DNA of 64,000 bases. It comes from Actinomycetota bacterium (lineage in GTDB: Bacteria > Actinomycetota > Actinomycetes > Mycobacteriales > JACQDL01). The position numbers were made by a program, and so were the translations under genes. The notes beneath the pieces were generated by a model, which worked only from the letters and a program-made list of their open reading frames with translations, did no database searches and was not told the DNA's origin. Positions 60,345 through 64,000 of the stretch are shown here, one piece after another; position 1 is the stretch's first letter; the number at the start of each line of letters is the position of its first letter. The stretch covers positions 68,641 through 132,640 of the forward strand of contig JACQDL010000027.1 of assembly GCA_016201065.1 (NCBI GenBank). The letters are read 5' to 3'.

Positions 60345-61358
60345 GTGATCGTTTTCATCATCAGACGCCTGGTCGGCGCGGTGCTGCTGCTGTTCGTGGT
60401 CAGCGCGGTCACCTTCTCGATCTTCTTCGTGGTGCCCCGGCTGGCCGGGGCGACCGCGGAGGACCTCGCCTCCCGGTATGTCGGCAAGACCGCCGACGAA
60501 CAGCAGGTCCGGCAGATGGCGGACAAGCTCGGCTTCCACGACCCGCTCGTGGTGCAGTACGGGCGGTTCGCCAAGGGCATCGTGGCCGGCGCCGACTACG
60601 ACTACGGCCCGGCCGCCGAGCACTGCCCCGCGCCGTGCTTCGGCTACTCCTTCCTCACCCAGGCCCCGGTCTGGCCGGACCTGCTCGACCGGCTGCCGGT
60701 GACCGCGTCGCTGGCGGCCGGGGCGTCGGCGATCTGGCTGCTGGCCGGAGTCGCCACCGGCGTGATCTCGGCACTGCGGCGCGGCAGTATCTTCGACCGG
60801 GCGGCGATGGGGGTGGCGCTCGCCGGCGTCTCGTTACCGATCTTCTTCACCGGCCTGCTGGCGCTCGGGATCTTCAGCTACACCCTCGGCGTGACCGCGC
60901 CGGGCAGCAGCTACACCGCGCTCGCGGAGGACCCCGCGCAGTGGGCCTACGACCTGATCCTGCCCTGGATCACCATCGCCTTCCTGTACGCCGCCGGCTA
61001 CGCCCGGCTCACCAGCTCCGGCATGCTGGAGACGATGAGCGAGGACTTCATCCGCACCGCGCGCGCCAAGGGGCTGCCAGAGCGCACCGTGGTGCTCAAG
61101 CACGGGCTGCGGGCCACCCTGACCCCGATCGTCACGATCTTCGGTCTTGACGTGGGGTTGCTGCTCGGCGGCGCCATCCTCACCGAGAGCACGTTCTCGC
61201 TGAACGGGATCGGCCGGTACGCGATCCTCGCGATCGGCGCCAACGATCTCCCCAAGGTCATGGGCGTGACCATGGTGGCGGCGTTCTTCATCGTTCTCGC
61301 CAACCTGGTGGTGGACATCCTGTACGCGGTGGTGGACCCCAGGGTCCGGCTGACATGA
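60345..61358 (+). CDS. Peptide ABC importer permease (DppB/OppB-like)
   Basis: (M)IVFIIRRLVGAVLLLFVVSAVTFSIFF is a typical DppB N-terminus. EAA loop EDFIRTARAKGLPERTVVLKHGLR. Confidence 0.88.
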   Translation: MIVFIIRRLVGAVLLLFVVSAVTFSIFFVVPRLAGATAEDLASRYVGKTADEQQVRQMADKLGFHDPLVVQYGRFAKGIVAGADYDYGPAAEHCPAPCFGYSFLTQAPVWPDLLDRLPVTASLAAGASAIWLLAGVATGVISALRRGSIFDRAAMGVALAGVSLPIFFTGLLALGIFSYTLGVTAPGSSYTALAEDPAQWAYDLILPWITIAFLYAAGYARLTSSGMLETMSEDFIRTARAKGLPERTVVLKHGLRATLTPIVTIFGLDVGLLLGGAILTESTFSLNGIGRYAILAIGANDLPKVMGVTMVAAFFIVLANLVVDILYAVVDPRVRLT

Positions 61359-61371
61359 CCGGCAGGCTGTC

Positions 61372-62433
61372 ATGACCGGCACCGAAGACATGGCCGGCAC
61401 CGCCCGAGACCGGCCGGAGGACTTCCTCACCGTCCGCGACCTGCGGGTGCACTTCCCCACCGACGACGGTCTGGTCCGTGCCGTGGACGGGGTGTCGTTC
61501 CGGCTGCAACGCGGCCGGACCCTGGGCATCGTCGGCGAGTCGGGCTCCGGCAAGAGCGTGGCCAGCCTCGCGGTGATGGGGCTGCACTCCGGCGGCCCGG
61601 CGCGGATCTCCGGCGAGATCTGGCTCGACGGCGAGGAGCTGGTCGGCGCCAGCGCCGAACGGGTCCGCCGGCTGCGCGGCGCGAAGATGGCGATGATCTT
61701 CCAGGACCCGCTCTCGGCGATGCACCCCTTCTACACCGTCGGTGCCCAGATCATCGAGGCGTACCGGATCCACAACGATGTCCGCCGGTCGGTGGCCCGG
61801 GCGCACGCCATCGACCTGCTCGCCCGGGTGGGAATCCCGGAGCCGGCCAGCCGGGTGGACGACTACCCGCACCAGTTCTCCGGTGGGATGCGGCAGCGCG
61901 CGATGATCGCCATGGCGCTGTCGTGCGACCCGGAGCTGCTCATCGCCGATGAGCCCACCACGGCGCTGGACGTCACCGTGCAGGCGCAGATCCTGGACCT
62001 GATCCGGGAGCTACAGGCCGAGTTCCACTCGGCGGTGATCATCATCACCCATGACCTGGGCGTGGTCGCCGAGCTCGCCGACGATGTCCTGGTCATGTAC
62101 GCCGGAAAGCCGGTGGAGTACGGCAGCGCGACGGACCTCTTCGACCTGCCGCAACACCCGTACACCTGGGGGCTGCTGGGCTCGATGCCCCGGCTGGACC
62201 GGGACCGCTCGGAGCGGTTGCTGCCGATCCCGGGCACCCCACCGAGCCTGATCACCGTCCCGCCGGGGTGCGCGTTCCACCCGCGCTGCGGTCACACCGA
62301 TGCCGTCGGTACCGCCTGCCGCGAGAAGGTCCCGGAGCTGACCGAGGTCGCCCCGGAACACCGGATCGCCTGTCACCTCGGTGCGGCGCAACGGGAGCGG
62401 ATCTGGCGGACCGAGATCGCCCCGAAACTGTGA
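61372..62433 (+). CDS. Peptide ABC importer ATP-binding protein (DppD/OppD-like)
   Basis: [16 protein letters not shown] and [13 protein letters not shown]-terminal oligopeptide-ATPase extension with a Cys cluster (GCAFHPRC). Confidence 0.9.
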   Translation: MTGTEDMAGTARDRPEDFLTVRDLRVHFPTDDGLVRAVDGVSFRLQRGRTLGIVGESGSGKSVASLAVMGLHSGGPARISGEIWLDGEELVGASAERVRRLRGAKMAMIFQDPLSAMHPFYTVGAQIIEAYRIHNDVRRSVARAHAIDLLARVGIPEPASRVDDYPHQFSGGMRQRAMIAMALSCDPELLIADEPTTALDVTVQAQILDLIRELQAEFHSAVIIITHDLGVVAELADDVLVMYAGKPVEYGSATDLFDLPQHPYTWGLLGSMPRLDRDRSERLLPIPGTPPSLITVPPGCAFHPRCGHTDAVGTACREKVPELTEVAPEHRIACHLGAAQRERIWRTEIAPKL

Positions 62434-63491
62434 ACAGCGACGTTGTGAGCGCCGGAGTCGTGAGCGAGGCACCCATGAGCACACCCGAGCCAGGCGGCGC
62501 GCTGCTGTCGGTCTCCGGGCTGCGCAAGCACTTCCCGGTGCGGCGTGGCCTGATCCGGCACACCGTCGGCGCCGTGAAGGCCGTCGACGGGCTGGACTTC
62601 GCGGTCACCACAGGCGAGACGATGGCGCTGGTGGGTGAGTCCGGCTGCGGGAAGACCACCACCGGCCGGCTGCTGACCCGGCTGCTGGAGCCCACCGCCG
62701 GGTCGATCGTCTTCGACGGGCACGACATCACCCACCTGTCGCAGTCGCGGATGCGCCCGCTGCGCCGCGACATCCAGATGATCTTCCAGGACCCGTACTC
62801 GTCGCTGAACCCGCGGCACACCGTGGGCACCATCGTCGGCGCGCCGTACCGGTTGCAGAAGGTGCGCACCGAGCACGGCGTCAAGCGCGCCGTGCAGGAG
62901 CTGCTGGAGCTGGTCGGTCTCAACCCGGAGCACTACAACCGCTACCCGCACGAGTTCTCCGGCGGGCAGCGGCAGCGGATCGGGATCGCCCGGACCCTGG
63001 CACTACGGCCGAAGCTGATCGTCGCCGACGAACCGGTGTCGGCGCTGGACGTGTCGATCCAGGCCCAGGTGATCAACCTGCTGGCCGACCTGCAGGACGA
63101 GCTGGAGCTGACCTACGTCGTCATCGCGCACGACCTGTCGGTGGTCCGGCACATCGCCGACCGGGTCGCGGTGATGTACCTCGGCACGCTCGTCGAGCTG
63201 GCCGACCGGGACAGCCTGTACGCCGCCCCCCGGCACCCCTACACGGTCGCGCTGATGTCGGCGGTGCCGATCCCGGAGCCGTCCCGGCGCCTGCAGCGGG
63301 ACCGGATCAGGCTCACCGGGGACGTCCCGAGCCCGCTCAACCCGCCGCCGGCCTGCCGCTTCCACACCCGGTGCTGGAAGGCGCAGCCGGTGTGCCGGCA
63401 GACCGAGCCACCGCTGGTCGAGCTGACCCCCGGCCACCAGGTCGCCTGCCACTTCCCCGAGGACGTACCGCCGGCCACCCCGGCCGGCTGA
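62430..63491 (+). CDS. Peptide ABC importer ATP-binding protein (DppF/OppF-like)
   Basis: GTGA coupling with the upstream stop (alternative ATG 62475). GESGCGKTT, FSGGQRQR, LIVADEPVSALD, CRFHTRC. Confidence 0.88.
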   Translation: MNSDVVSAGVVSEAPMSTPEPGGALLSVSGLRKHFPVRRGLIRHTVGAVKAVDGLDFAVTTGETMALVGESGCGKTTTGRLLTRLLEPTAGSIVFDGHDITHLSQSRMRPLRRDIQMIFQDPYSSLNPRHTVGTIVGAPYRLQKVRTEHGVKRAVQELLELVGLNPEHYNRYPHEFSGGQRQRIGIARTLALRPKLIVADEPVSALDVSIQAQVINLLADLQDELELTYVVIAHDLSVVRHIADRVAVMYLGTLVELADRDSLYAAPRHPYTVALMSAVPIPEPSRRLQRDRIRLTGDVPSPLNPPPACRFHTRCWKAQPVCRQTEPPLVELTPGHQVACHFPEDVPPATPAG

Positions 63492-63513
63492 CGGAACCCG
63501 CCGGTGGGCCAGG

Positions 63514-64000
63514 ATGACGCCCATGCCTGCAGCCGCGCCGACGATCCTCGCCACGTCGATAGGGTTCAACCGTGCGGGTACCCCGTGGCAGCCTGGTCCC
63601 ATCTTCCGGTACGCCTTCGACCTTGCAGGCGCCTCGACCGAGCCTCGGCTGTGCCTTCTGGCGACGGCCGGCGGTGACCAGGAGCTGACCATTGAGCGGT
63701 GCTCGGCAGCGTTCGCCGGTTCGGGCATACGGGTGTCGCACCTTGCGCTGTTCGACAAGCCCAACGTGCCGGACGTGGCCGCACACCTGCACGCGCAGGA
63801 TGTCATCTGGGTCGACCGGGGAAGCCTGGTGAACCTGCTGGCGGTGTGGCGGGCGCACGGACTGGACGCGATCTTGCGTGGCTGCTGGCGGGCGGGCGTG
63901 GTGCTGGCCGGAGAGTCCGCCGGATCGTTGTGCTGGTTTGCCGGCGCCACAACGGACTCGTTCGGCCCGGTGCGCGGCCTGCGCGATGGTCTCGGATTCC
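63514..64000 (+). CDS. Peptidase S51 (dipeptidase E/cyanophycinase-like), 3' end truncated by the window edge
   Basis: Hand translation from the ATG at 63514: MTPMPAAAPTILATSIGF...LLATAGGDQE...VVLAGESAGSLCWF (SAG nucleophile motif). Open to the window end, so it is absent from the ORF track. Confidence 0.6.
   Translation, partial: MTPMPAAAPTILATSIGFNRAGTPWQPGPIFRYAFDLAGASTEPRLCLLATAGGDQELTIERCSAAFAGSGIRVSHLALFDKPNVPDVAAHLHAQDVIWVDRGSLVNLLAVWRAHGLDAILRGCWRAGVVLAGESAGSLCWFAGATTDSFGPVRGLRDGLGF

Noticed and set aside
61354-61381. CATGACCGGCA repeated 17 bp apart at the dppB/dppD-like junction, creating a second ATG
   Set aside because: The upstream ATG opens a 6-codon ORF ending at TGA. The downstream ATG (61372) gives the full ATPase. 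The repeat is likely coincidental.

Overview
High-GC, Actinomycetota-type chromosomal segment, densely coding on both strands. I can support about 60 CDS. I saw no rRNA, tRNA, CRISPR array, transposase or integrase. All family calls come from reading motifs in the supplied translations; no database search was possible. The ORF track uses the most upstream ATG/GTG/TTG, so many starts were trimmed by hand. Many long ORFs are antisense artefacts of high GC. Housekeeping content, in order: a ThDP decarboxylase, cysteine desulfurase, MFS transporter and etfBA (0-6 kb). A mycobacterial-type methylglucose-lipopolysaccharide (MGLP)-like locus (14.3-24.5 kb). An ABC-2 exporter pair. A complete glycogen/GlgE alpha-glucan supercluster, glgX, glgP, glgE-treS-pep2-glgB (26.5-38.7 kb). 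Acyl-CoA metabolism genes (icmA-like mutase, CoA-transferase, GntR, gcdH, meaB, thiolase, epimerase). A five-gene peptide ABC importer (57.4-63.5 kb). Two visibly more A/T-rich accessory islands stand out. (i) 7.3-12.6 kb holds a translationally coupled lasso-peptide operon (precursor-C-B1-B2) ending in a PIMT-type O-methyltransferase. Its leader is a textbook YxxPxLx3Gx5Tx and the predicted core is GTAADDTADMKTAKYW. (ii) 47.8-54.4 kb, wedged between a DUF2127 gene and meaB, encodes six proteins of note: a Crp-like cNMP-binding regulator; a class-III-cyclase-like protein; a large NTPase-like/helical-repeat protein with a degenerate Walker A; an unknown 280-aa protein; a convergent small membrane protein resembling Pycsar TM effectors (DUF5706-like); and a YfbR-type HD hydrolase. 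I read island (ii) as a candidate undescribed cyclic-nucleotide conflict/defence-type system. It is the top item for follow-up. Smaller oddities: two in-frame TAG stops splitting the cyclase and NTPase genes, a Walker-A Lys-to-Thr change in MeaB, a 15-bp x6 tandem repeat in a transporter 5' end, a stop-less 3' extension of that transporter across marR, and two tandem duplications that each copy a stop codon.
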